Assembly (NCBI RefSeq): GCF_009914755.1
Contig: NC_060948.1
Strand: one strand, 5' to 3'
Source of the DNA: the human T2T-CHM13v2.0 reference genome, Homo sapiens
Length of the DNA: 64,000 bases
In this document: piece by piece, positions 38,738 through 52,852 of the stretch
Layout of the letters: every line of letters begins with the position of its first letter
Numbering within the stretch: position 1 is the stretch's first letter
Made by a program: the position numbers and the translations under genes
The notes under the pieces: model-generated
What the model was told of the DNA's origin: nothing
The model's input: only the letters and a program-made list of their open reading frames with translations
The model's database searches: none

Positions 38738-41700
38738 AAGAGAATCAAACGGAATTGAATCGAATGGAATCGAATGGATTGGAAAGGAATAGAATGGAAT
38801 GGAATGGAATTGACTCAAATGGAATGGACTAGAATGGAATGGATTCGAATGGAAGGCAAAGGAATGGAATCTATTGGAATGGACTGTAATGGAATGGAAT
38901 GGAAGGGATTGGAATGGACTCGAATGGAATGGACTGCAATAGAAAGGATTCGAATGGAATGAAAAAGAATTGAATGGAATAGAACAGAATGGAATCAAAC
39001 CTCATGAAATAGAATGGAATAGAAAGGAATGGAATGAAATCGAATGGAAAGGATTCGAATGGAATGCAATCGAATGGAATGCAATCGAATGGAATGGAAT
39101 CGAACGGAATGGAATAAAATGGAAGAAAACTGGCAAGAAATGGAATCGAAATGAATGGAGTGTTAAGGAACGGACTCAAAAGGAATTGAATGTAATAGAA
39201 TGGAGTGGAGTGGACTCGAATATAATGGACTGGAATGGAATGAAATCACATGGAATGGGAACGAATGGAATGGAATGGAAAGGAATGGAATCGAATGGAA
39301 AGGAATCGAATGGAAGGGAATGAAATTGAATCAACAGGAATGGAAGGGAATAGAATAGACGGTAATGGAATGGACTCGAATAGAATGGACACGAATGCTC
39401 AAATTGAATGGACTCGAATGGAATGGAAATGAAAGGAATGTCATCGAATGCAATTCAATCGATTGGAATGAAATCGCATAGGATGGAGTGGAATCAAATG
39501 GAATTGAATCGAAAGGAAAAGAAGCGAATTGACTGAAATGAAATGGAATGGAATTGAATGGAAAGTAATGCAACGGAATAGAATGGATTGAAATTTCACG
39601 GAATGGAATCAAACTGAATGGAATCAAATCAATGGAATATAATCAAATGGAATGGAAAGGAATTGAATGGAGTAGATTGTATTGGATGGGATTGGAATGA
39701 AATGTACTGGAAAGGACTCGAATTTCATGAAACGGAACGGAATGTATTAGAACGGAATGGACTCGAATGGAATTGAATGTCACGGAATGGCATCAAATGG
39801 AATGGCATCAATTGGAATGGAATCGAATGCAATGGAATGCTATGGAATGGAATGGAATGCATTGGAATGGAATGTCCTCTAATGGAATGGATTCGTGTGG
39901 AATGGATTCGAATATAATGGAGTCTAATGAAATGGAATTGAAAGGAATGGGATCCAATACAATGGAATATACTGGAATGTAATGTAATGAACTCGAATGT
40001 AATTGACTGGAATGGAATGTACATGAGTGGAATGTAATCGAATGGAAAGTAATCCAATGGAATAGAATCTAATGCAATAAAATCGACTCAAATAGAGTAG
40101 AATGTAATGGAATGGAGTGCAGTGCAATGGAATGGAATGGAATGGGTTGGAATGGTATGGAATGGAATGGAATGGAATGGAATGGGATGGAATGGTATGG
40201 AATGGATAGTAATGGACTGGAGTGAAATGGACTGGAAAGGAATGGACTCAAATTGAAAGGGCTCGAAAGGAATGGAGTCAAATGGAATGGTCTGGAATGG
40301 AATGAACACGAATGTAATGCAATCCAATAGAATGGAATCGAATGGCATGGAATGTAAAGAAATGGAATCGAAGAGAATGGAAACAAATGGAATGGAATTG
40401 AATGGAATGGAATTGAATGGAATGGGAACGAATGGAGTGAAATTGTATGCAGTAGAAGAGAATAGAATGGAATGCAAGCGAAAGGAAAGGAATGGATTGG
40501 AATGGAATGGAATTCATTGGAATGGAAGGGAATGTAGTGTAATGGACAGGCCTGGAATAAAGTGGAATGCTACGGTCTCGAATGGAATAAAAATGTATGG
40601 AATGGAATGCAATGAAACGGAATCGAATGTCATAGAATGTAATGGAATGCAAAAAAATGGAATCCAAAATCATTGACTGGAAAGGCTGGGTGTCGAAAGG
40701 AATTGACTCCAATGGAATGGAATCGAATGGCATGGAAGTGAATAGAATGGAACTAAATCGAATGGAATGGAATTGATAGGAACGGAATGGAAAGGAATGC
40801 AATGATTTGGCATGGAATGGAATCGAATGGCATCGAATGGAATGGAATGGAATGCAATGGAATGGAATGTATTAGAATGTAATGAACTTTAATGGAATGT
40901 ACTCGAATGGATTCGACTGGAATGGAATGTTCTCGAAGTGAATGGACTCCAATGGAATGGATTCGAAAGGAATGGAATCTAATGGAATGGAATTAAATGG
41001 AAATGAATCAAATTGAATAGAACGGAATTGAATTGAATGGAATCGAATGCAATGGAATCTAATGAAAAGGAAAGGAAAGGAATGGAATGGATTGGAATGG
41101 AATGGGCTGGAATGGAATGGAATCGAAACGAATGGAATGGAATCGAACTGAAGAGACTGGAATGGAATGCACTGGAATGGAAGGGAATGTAATGGAAGGT
41201 TCTCAAGAAAAATGGAATCGAAAGGAATGGAATTGAATGGAACGGAATAGAGTCGAATGGAATTCAATGGAATGGAATGGACTAGAGTGAAATGGAATCG
41301 AACCACAAGGAATGGACAGGAATAGAATGGTCTCGAATTGAATGGAATCGTATGGAATGGCATCAAACGGAATGGAATGGACAGCCACGGAATGGAATGC
41401 ACTCGAATGCAATGGAGTCGACACTAACGGAGTGGAATAGAATGGACTCGACTGGTACGGACTCCAATGGAATGGAATCGAATGGAAGGGTATCGAACGG
41501 AATGGACTCGAAGGGAAAAGACTGCAATGGAAAGGTCTCGAATGGAATGGAAATTAATGGAATGGAATCGAATGAAATGGAGTCAAAAGGAATGGAATCG
41601 AATGGCAAGAAATCGAATGTAATGGAATCGCAAGGAATTGAAGTGAACGGAACGGAATGCAATGGAATCCAAAGGAATGGAATAGAATGGAATGGAATCG

Positions 41701-42286
41701 AATGGAAAGGACTCGAATGGAAATCACTCGAATAGAATGCAATTTAATAAAATAGGATCAAATGTAATGGAATGGAATGGAAAGGAATCGAAACGAAAGG
41801 AATGGAGACAGATGGAATGGAATGGAACAGAGAGCAATGGTATAGAATGGAATGGAATCATCTGGAATGGAATTGAATGGAATGGAATAATATGAAATGG
41901 AATGGAATGGAATGGAATGCCCTTGAATTAAATGGACTGGAATGGAATGGACTCGAACAGAGTGGAATGGAAAGTGTTGAAATAGAATGGAATGGACTCG
42001 TTTGGAATGGTCTAGTATGCAATGCAATCGACTGGCAGGGAATCAAAAGGAATGTAATCGAATGGATTGGACTGGAATGCAATGGACTCGAATAGATTGG
42101 AAACGGAAAGCAAAGGAATGGAATGGAATAGTATGGAATGGAATGGAAAGGAATGGAGTGGAATAGACTAGAGTGGAATGGAATGGACTGGAAAGCAATG
42201 GACTGGAATGGAACTTTCTTGAATGGACTGGAATCAAACGGAATGGAATGCAATGCAATCAAATGGCATGGAATAAAATAGAATGA
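38738..42286 (+). repeat. DYZ1 unit U12 (3549 bp), U3/U4 mosaic
   Basis: Marker ORF 38871 to 42420; U3-type AAACCTCATG at ~39000, U4-type variants after ~40200. Confidence 0.9.
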
Positions 42287-45200
42287 AAGAGAATGAAATG
42301 GAATTGAATCGAATGGAATCGAATGGATTGGAAAGGAATAGAATGGAATGGAACGGAATTGACTCAAATGGAATGGACTAGAATGGAATGGATTCGAATG
42401 GAAGGCAAATGAATGGAATCTATTGGAATGGACTGTAATGGAATGGAATGGAAGGGATTGGAATGGACTCGAATAGAATGGACTGCAATAGAAAGGATTC
42501 GAATGGAATGAAAAAGAATTGAATGAAATAGAAGAGAATGGAAACAAATCGAATGAAATGGAATGGAAGAGAAAGGAATGGAATGAAATGGAATGGAAAG
42601 GATTCGAATGGAATGCAATCGAATGGAATGGAATCGAACGGAATGGAATAAAATGGAAGAAAACTGGCAAGAAATGGAATCGAAATGAATGGAGTGTTAT
42701 GGAACGGACTCAAAAGGAATTGAATGTAATAGAATGGAGTGGAGTGGACTCGAATATAATGGACTGGAATGGAATGAAATCACATGGAATGGGAACGAAT
42801 GGAATGGAATGGAAAGGAATGGAATCGAATGGAAAGGAATCGAATGGAAGGGAATGAAATTGAATCAACAGGAATGGAAGGGAGTAGAATAGACGGTAAT
42901 GGAATGGACTCGAATAGAATGGACACGAATGCTCAAATTGAATGGACTCGAATGGAATGGAAACGAAAGGAATGTCATCGAATGGAATTGAATCGATTGG
43001 AATGAAATCGCATAGAATGGAGTGGAATCAAATGGAATTGAATCGAAAGGAAAGGAAGCGAATGGACTGAAATGAAATGGAATGGAATTGAATGGAAAGT
43101 AATGCAATGGAATAGAATGGAACGAAATTTCACGGAATGGAATCAAACTGAATGGAATCAAATCAATGGAATATAATCAAATGGAATGGAAAGGAATTGA
43201 ACGGAGTAGATTGGATTGGATGGGATTGGAATGAAATGTACTGGAAAGGACTCGAAATTCATGAAACGGAATGGAATGAACTGGAACGGAATGGAATCGA
43301 ATGGAATGGAATGTCATGTAATGGCATCAAATGGAATGGAATCGAATGCGATGGAATGCTATGGAATGGAATGGAATGCATAGGAATGGAATGTCCTCTA
43401 ATGGAATGTATTCGAGTGGAATGGAATCGAATATAATGCAGTCTAATGAAATGGAATTGAAAGGAATGGGACCGAATACAATGGAATAAACTGGAATGTA
43501 ATGTAATGAACTCGAATGTAATTGACTGGAATGGAATGTACATGAATGGAATGTAATCGCATGGAAAGCAATCCAATGGAATAGAATCTAATGCAATAAA
43601 ATCGACTCAAATAGAGTAGAATGTAATGGAATGGAGTGCAGTGCAATGGAATGGAATGGAATGCAACGGAATGGAATGGAATGGAATGGAATGGGATGGA
43701 ATGGTATGGAATGGATAGTAATGGACTGGAGTGAAATGGACTGGAAAAGAATGGACTCAAATTGAAAGGGCTCGAAAGGAATGGAGTCAAATGGAATGGT
43801 CTGGAATGGAATGAACACGAATGTAATGCAATCCAATAGAATGGAATCGAATGGCATAGAATATAAAGAAATGGAATCGAAGAGAATGGAAACAAATGGA
43901 ATGGAATGGAATTGAATGGAATGGGAACGAATGGAGTGAAATTGTATGCAGTAGAAGAGAATAGAATGGAATGCAAGCGAAAGGAAAGGAATGGATTGGA
44001 ATGGAATGGAATTCATTGGAATGGAAGGGAATGTAGTGTAATGGACAGGCCTGGAATAAAGTGGAATGCTACGGTCTCGAATGGAATAAAAATGTATGGA
44101 ATGGAATGCAATGAAACGGAATCGAATGTCATAGAATGTAATGGAATGCAAAAAAATGGAATCCAAAATCATTGACTGGAAAGGCTGGGTGTCGAAAGGA
44201 ATTGACTCCAATGGAATGGAATCGAATGGAATGGAAGTGAATAGAATCGAACTAAATCGAATGGAATGGAATTGATAGGAACGGAATGGAAAGGAATGCA
44301 ATGATTTGGCATGGAATGGAATCGAAAGGCATCGAATGGAATGGAATGGAATGCAATGGAATGGAATGTATTAGAATGTAATGAACATTAATGGAAAGTA
44401 CTCGAATGGATTCGACTGGAATGGAATGTTCTGGAAGTGAATGGACTCCAATGGAATGGATTCGAAAGGAATGGAATCGAACGGAATGGAATTAAACGGA
44501 AATGAATCAAATAGAATAGAACGGAATTGAATTGAATGGAATCGAATGCAATGGAATCTAATGAAACGGAAAGGAATGGAATGGAATGGGCTGGAATGGA
44601 ATGGAATCGAAACGAATGGAATGGAATCGAACTGAAGAGACTGGAATGGAATGCACTGGAATGGAAGGGAATGTAATGGAAGGTTCTCGAAAAAAATGGA
44701 ATCGAAAGGAATGGAATTGAATGGAACGGAATAGAGTCGAATGGAATTCAATGGAATGGAATGGACTAGAGTGAAATGGAATCGAACCACAAGGAATGGA
44801 CAGGAATAGAATGGTCTCGAATTGAATGGAATCGTATGGAATGGCATCAAACGGAATGGAATGGACGGCCACGGAATGGAATGCACTCGAATGCAATGGA
44901 GTCGAAACTAATGGACTGGAATAGAATGGACTCGACTGGTACGGACTCCAATGGAATGGAATCGAATGGAAGGGAATCGAACGGAATGGACTCGAAGGGA
45001 AAAGACTGCAATGGAAAGGTCTCGAATGGAATGGAAATTAATGGAATGGAATGGAATCGAATGAAATGGAGTCAAAAGGAATGGAATCGAATGGCAAGAA
45101 ATCGAATGTAATGGAATCGCAAGGAATTGATGTGAACGGAACGGAATGGAATGGAATCCAAAGGAATGGAATAGAATGGAATGGAATCGAATGGAAAGGA

Positions 45201-45775
45201 CTCGAATGGAAATCACTCGAATAGAATGCAATTTAATAAAATAGGATCAAATGTAATGGAATGGAATGGAAAGGAATCGAAACGAAAGGAATGGAGACAG
45301 ATGGAATGGAATGGAACAGAGAGCAATGGTATAGAATGGAATGGAATCATCTGGAATGGAATTGAATGGAATGGAATAATATGAAATGGAATGGAATGGA
45401 ATGGAATACCCTTGAATTAAATGGACTGGAATGGAATGGACTCGAACAGAGTGGAATGGAAAGTGTTGAAATAGAATGGAATGGACTCGTTTGGAATGGT
45501 CTAGTATGCAATGCAATCGACTGGCAGGGAATCAAAAGGAATGTAATCGAATGGATTGGACTGGAATGCAATGGACTCGAATAGATTGGAAACGGAAAGC
45601 AAAGGAATGGAATGGAATAGTATGGAATGGAATGCAAAGGAATGGAGTGGAATAGACTAGAGTGGAATGGAATGGACTCGAAAGCAATGGACTGGAATGG
45701 AACTTTCTTGAATGGACTGGAATCAAACGGAATGGAATGCAATGCAATCAAATGGCATGGAATAAAATAGAATGA
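42287..45775 (+). repeat. DYZ1 unit U13 (3489 bp, shortest)
   Basis: Marker ORF 42420 to 45909; 10-bp deletion near 43900; GGCC variant at 44867. Confidence 0.9.
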
Positions 45776-48700
45776 AAGAGAATCAAATGGAATTGAATCG
45801 AATGGAATCGAATGGATTGGAAAGGAATAGAATGGAATGGAATGGAATTGACTCAAATGGAATGGACTAGAATGGAATGGATTCGAATGGAAGGCAAAGG
45901 AATGGAATCTATTGGAATGGACTGTAATGGAATGGAATGGAAGGGATTGTAATGGACTCGAATGGAATGGACTGCAGTAGAAAGGATTCGAATGGAATGA
46001 AAAAGAATTGAATGGAATAGAACAGAATGGAATCAAATCGAATGAAATGGAATGGAATAGAAAGGAATGGAATGAAATGGAATGGAAAGGATTCGAATGG
46101 AATGCAATCGAATGGAATGAAATCGAATGGAATGGAATCGAACGGAATGGAATAAAATGGAAGAAAACTGGCAAGAAATGGAATCGAAATGAATGGAGTG
46201 TTACGGAACGGACTCAAAAGGAATTGAATGTAATAGAATGGAGTGGAGTGGACTCGAATATAATGGACTAGAATGGAATGAAATCACATGGAATGGGAAC
46301 GAATGGAATGGAATGGAAAGGAATGGAATCGAATGGAAAGGAATCGAATGGAAGGGAATGAAATTGAATCAACAGGAATGGAAGGGAGTAGAATAGACGG
46401 TAATGGAATGGACTCGAATAGAATGGACACGAATGCTCAAATTGAATGGACTCGAATGGAATGGCAACGAAAGGAATGTCATCGAATGGAATTGAATGGT
46501 TGGAATGAAATCACATAGAATGGAGTGGAATCAAATGGAATTGAATCGAAAGGAAAGGAAGCGAATGGACTGAAATGAAATGGAATGGAATTGAATGGAA
46601 ATTAATGCAATGGAATAGAATGGAACGAAATTTCACGGAATGGAATCAAACTGAATGGAATCAAATCAATGGAATATAATCAAATGGAATGGAAAGGAAT
46701 TGAATGGAGTAGATTGGATTGGATGGGATTGGAATGAAATGTACTGGAAAGGACTCGAATTTCATGAAACGGAATGGAATGAATTAGAACGGAATGGACT
46801 CGAATGGAATGGAATGTCATGGAATGGCATCAAATGGAATGGAATCGAATGCAATGGAATGCTTTGGAATGGAATGGAATGCATTGGAATGGAATGTCCT
46901 CTAATGGAATGTATTCGAGTGGAATGGAATCGAATATAATGGAGTCTAATGAAATGGAATTGAAAGGAATGGGACCGAATACAATGGAATATACTGGAAT
47001 GTAATGTAATGAACTCGAATGTAATTGACTGGAATGGAATGTACATGAATGGAATGTAATCGAATGGAAAGCAATCCAATGGAATAGAATCTAATGCAAT
47101 AAAATCGACTCAAATAGAGTAGAATGTAATGGAATGGAGTGCAGTGCAATGGAATGGAATGGAATGGAATGCAATGGAATGGAATGGAATGGAATGGGAT
47201 GGAATGGTATGGAATGGATAGTAATGGACTGGAGTGAAATGGACTGGAAAAGAATGGACTCAAATTGAAAGGGCTCGAAAGGAATGGAGTCAAATGGAAT
47301 GGTCTGGAATGGAATGAACACGAATGTAATGCAATCCAATAGAATGGAATCGAATGGCATGGAATATAAAGAAATGGAATCGAAGAGAATGGAAACAAAT
47401 GGAATGGAATTGAATGGAATGGAATTGAATGGAATGGGAACGAATGGAGTGAAATTGTATGCAGTAGAAGAGAATAGAATGGAATGCAAGCGAAAGGAAA
47501 GGAATGGATTGGAATGGAATGGAATTCATTGGAATGGAAGGGAATGTAGTGTAATGGACAGGCCTGGAATAAAGTGGAATGCTACGGTCTCGAATGGAAT
47601 AAAAATGTATGGAACGGAATGCAATGAAACGGAATCGAATGTCATAGAATGTAATGGAATGCAAAAAAATGGACTCCAAAATCATTGACTGGAAAGGCTG
47701 GGTGTCGAAAGGAATTGACTCCAATGGAATGGAATCGAATGGAATGGAAGTGAATAGAATCGAACTAAATCGAATGGAATGGAATTGATAGGAACGGAAT
47801 GGAAAGGAATGCAATGATTTGGCATGGAATGGAATCGAATGGCATCGAATGGAATGGAATGGAATGCAATGGAATGGAATGTATTAGAATGTAATGAACT
47901 TTAATGGAATGTACTCGAATGGATTCGACTGGAATGGAATGTTCTCGAAGTGAATGGACTCCAATGGAATGGATTCGAAAGGAATGGAATCTAATGGAAT
48001 GGAATTAAATGGAAATGAATCAAATTGAATAGAACGGAATTGAATTGAATGGAATCGAATGCAATGGAATCTAATGAAACGGAAAGGAAAGGAATGGAAT
48101 GGATTGGAATGGAATGGGCTGGAATGGAATGGAATCGAAACGAATGGAATGGAATCGAACTGAAGAGACTGGAATGGAATGCACTGGAATGGAAGGGAAT
48201 GTAATGGAAGGTTCTCGAAAAAAATGGAATCGAAAGGAATGGAATTGAATGGAACGGAATAGAGTCGAATGGAATTGAATGGAATGGAATGGACTAGAGT
48301 GAAATGGAATCGAACCACAAGGAATGGACAGGAATAGAATGGTCTCGAATTGAATGGAATCGTATGGAATGGCATCAAACGGAATGGAATGGACAGCCAC
48401 GGAATGGAATGGACACCCACGGAATGGAATGCACTCGAATGCAATGGAGTCGACACTAATGGACTGGAATAGAATGGACTCGACTGGTACGGACTCCAAT
48501 GGAATGGAATCGAATGGAAGGGAATCGAAAGGAATGGACTCGAAGGGAAAAGACTGCAATGGAAAGGTCTCGAATGGAATGGAAATTAATGGAATGGAAT
48601 GGAATCGAATGAAATGGAGTCAAAAGGAATGGAATCGAATGGCAAGAAATCGAATGTAATGGAATCGCAAGGAATTGATGTGAACGGAACGGAATGGAAT

Positions 48701-49323
48701 GGTATCCAAAAGAATGGAATAGAATGGAATGGAATCGAATGGAAAGGACTCGAATGGAAATCACTCGAATAGAATGCAATTTAATAAAATAGGATCAAAT
48801 GTAATGGAATGGAATGGAAAGGAATCGAAACGAAAGGAATGGAGACAGATGGAATGGAATGGAACAGAGAGCAATGGTATAGAATGGAATGGAATCATCT
48901 GGAATGGAATTGAATGGAATGGAATAATATGAAATGGAATGGAATGGAATGGAATGCCCTTGAATTAAATGGACTGGAATGCAATGGACTCGAACAGAGT
49001 GGAATGGAAAGTGTTGAAATAGAATGGAATGGACTCGTTTGGAATGGTCTAGTATGCAATGCAATCGACTGGCAGGGAATCAAAAGGAATGTAATCGAAT
49101 GGATTGGACTGGAATGCAATGGACTCGAATAGATTGGAAGCGGAAAGCAAAGGAATGGAATGGAATAGTATGGAATGGAATGCAAAGGAATGGAGTGGAA
49201 TAGACTAGAGTGGAATGGAATGGACTCGAAAGCAATGGACTGGAATGGAACTTTCTTGAATGGACTGGAATCAAACGGAATGGAATGCAATGCAATCAAA
49301 TGGCATGGAATAAAATAGAATGA
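45776..49323 (+). repeat. DYZ1 unit U14 (3548 bp)
   Basis: Marker ORF 45909 to 49457; U6-type start; first unit with the 20-bp GGACACCCAC copy (48401-48420). Confidence 0.9.
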
Positions 49324-52300
49324 AAGAGAATCAAATGGAATTGAATCGAATGGAATCGAATGGATTGGAAAGGAATAGAATGGAATGGAATGGAATTGAC
49401 TCAAATGGAATGGACTAGAATGGAATGGATTCGAATGGAAGGCAAAGGAATGGAATCTATTGGAATGGACTGTAATGGAATGGAATGGAAGGGATTGGAA
49501 TGGACTCGAATGGAATGCGCTGCAATAGAAAGGATTCGAATGGAATGAAAAAGAATTGAATGGAATAGAACAGAATGGAATCAAATCGAATGAAATGGAA
49601 TGGAATAGAAAGGAATGCAATGAAATGGAATGGAAAGGATTCCAATGGAATGCAATCGAATGGAATGAAATCGAATGGAATGGAATCGAACGGAATGGAA
49701 TAAAATGGAAGAAAACTGGCAAGAAATGGAGTCGAAATGAATGGAGTGTTATGGAACGGACTCAAAAGGAATTGAATGTAATAGAATGGAGTGGAGTGGA
49801 CTCGAATATAATGGACTGGAGTGGAATGAAATCACATGGAATGGGAACGAATGGAATGGAATGGAAAGGAATGGAATCGAATGGAAAGGAATCGAATGGA
49901 AGGGAATGAAATTGAATCAACAGGAATGGAAGGGAGTAGAATCGACGGTAATGGAATGGACTCGAATAGAATGGACACGAATGCTCAAATTGAATGGACT
50001 CGAATGGAATGGAAACGAAAGGAATGTCATCGAATGGAATTGAATCGATTGGAATGAAATCACATAGAATGGAGTGGAATCAAATGGAATTGAATCGAAA
50101 GGAAAGGAAGCGAATGGACTGAAATGAAATGGAATGGAATTGAATGGAAATTAATGCAATGGAATAGAATGGAACGAAATTTCACGGAATGGAATCAAAC
50201 TGAATGGAATCAAATCAATGGAATATAATCAAATGGAATGGAAAGGAATTGAATGGAGTAGATTGGATTGGATGGGATTGGAATGAAATGTACTGGAAAG
50301 GACTCGAATTTCATGAAACGGAATGGAATGAATTAGAACGGAATGGACTCGAATGGAATGGAATGTCATGGAATGGCATCAAATGGAATGGAATCGAATG
50401 CGATGGAATGCTATGGAATGGAATGGAATGCATTGGAATGGAATGTCCTCTAATGGAATGGATTCGAGTGGAATGGAATCGAATATAATGGAGTCTAATG
50501 AAATAGAATTGAAAGGAATGGGACCGAATACAATGGAATATACTGGAATGTAATGTAATGAACTCGAATGTAATTGACTGGAATGGAATGTACATGAATG
50601 GAATGTAATCGAATGGAAAGCAATCCAATGGAATAGAATCTAATGCAATAAAATCGAGTCAAATAGAGTAGAATGTAATGGAATGGAGTGCAGTGCAATG
50701 GAATGGAATGGAATGGAATGCAATGGAATGGAATGGAATGGGATGGAATGGTATGGAATGGATAGTAATGGACTGGAGTGAAATGGACTGGAAAAGAATG
50801 GACTCAAATTGAAAGGGCTCGAAAGGAATGGAGTCAAATGGAATGGTCTGGAATGGAATGAACACGAATGTAATGCAATCCAATAGAATGGAATCGAATG
50901 GCATGGAATATAAAGAAATGGAATCGAAGAGAATGGAAACAAATGGAATGGAATTGAATGGAATGGAATTGAATGGAATGAGAACGAATGGAGTGAAATT
51001 GTATGCAGTAGAAGAGAATAGAATGGAATGCAAGCGAAAGGAAAGGAATGGATTGGAATGGAATGGAATTCATTGGAATGGAAGGGAATGTAGTGTAATG
51101 GACAGGCCTGGAATAAAGTGGAATGCTACGGTCTCGAATGGAATAAAAATGTATGGAATGGAATGCAATGAAACGGAATCGAATGTCATAGAATGTAATG
51201 GAATGCAAAAAAATGGAATCCAAAATCATTGACTGGAAAGGCTGGGTGTCGAAAGGAATTGACTCCAATGGAATGGAATCGAATGGAATGGAAGTGAATA
51301 GAATCGAACTAAATCGAATGGAATGGAATTGATAGGAACGGAATGGAAAGGAATGCAATGATTTGGCATGGAATGGAATCGAATGGCATCGAATGGAATG
51401 GAATGGAATGCAATGGAATGGAATGTATTAGAATGTAATGAACTTTAATGGAATGTACTCGAATGGATTCGACTGGAATGGAATGTTCTCGAAGTGAACG
51501 GACTCCAATGGAATGGATTCGAAAGGAATGGAAACTAATGGAATGGAATTAAACGGAAATGAATCAAATAGAATAGAACGGAATTGAATTGAATGGAATC
51601 GAATGCAATGGAATCTAATGAAACGGAAAGGAATGGAATGGAATGGGCTGGAATGGAATGGAATCGAAACGAATGGAATGGAATCGAACTGAAGAGACTG
51701 GAATGGAATGCACTGGAATGGAAGGGAATGTAATGGAAGGTTCTCGAAAAAAATGGAATCGAAAGGAATGGAATTGAATGGAACGGAATAGAGTCGAATG
51801 GAATTCAATGGAATGGAATGGACTAGAGTGAAATGGAATCGAACCACAAGGAATGGACAGGAATAGAATGGTCTCGAATTGAATGGAATCGTATGGAATG
51901 GCATCAAACGGAATGGAATGGACAGCCACGGAATGGAATGGACACCCACGGAATGGAATGCACTCGAATGCAATGGAGTCGACACTAATGGACTGGAATA
52001 GAATGGACTCGACTGGTACGGACTCCAATGGAATGGAATCGAATGGAAGGGAATCGAAAGGAATGGACTCGAAGGGAAAAAACTGCAATGGAAAGGTCTC
52101 CAATGGAATGGAAATTAATGGAATGGAATGGAATCGAATGAAATGGAGTCAAAAGGAATGGAATCGAATGGCAAGAAATCGAATGTAATGGAATCGCAAG
52201 GAATTGATGTGAACGGAACGGAATGGAATGGAATCCAAAGGAATGGAATAGAATGGAATGGAATCGAATGGAAAGGACTCGAATGGAAATCACTCGAATA

Positions 52301-52852
52301 GAATGCAATTTAATAAAATAGGATCAAATGTAATGGAATGGAATGGAAAGGAATCGAAACGAAAGGAATGGAGACAGATGGAATGGAATGGAACAGAGAG
52401 CAATGGTATAGAATGGAATGGAATCATCTGGAATGGAATTGAATGGAATGGAATAATATGAAATGGAATGGAATGGAATGGAATGCCCTTGAATTAAATG
52501 GACTGGAATGCAATGGACTCGAACAGAGTGGAATGGAAAGTGTTGAAATAGAATGGAATGGACTCGTTTGGAATGGTCTAGTATGCAATGCAATCGACTG
52601 GCAGGGAATCAAAAGGAATGTAATCGAATGGATTGGACTGGAATGCAATGGACTCGAATAGATTGGAAACGGAAAGCAAAGGAATGGAATGGAATAGTAT
52701 GGAATGGAATGCAAAGGAATGGAGTGGAATAGACTAGAGTGGAATGGAATGGACTCGAAAGCAATGGACTGGAATGGAACTTTCTTGAATGGACTGGAAT
52801 CAAACGGAATGGAATGCAATGCAATCAAATGGCATGGAATAAAATAGAATGA
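49324..52852 (+). repeat. DYZ1 unit U15 (3529 bp)
   Basis: Marker ORF 49360 to 52889. Confidence 0.93.
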
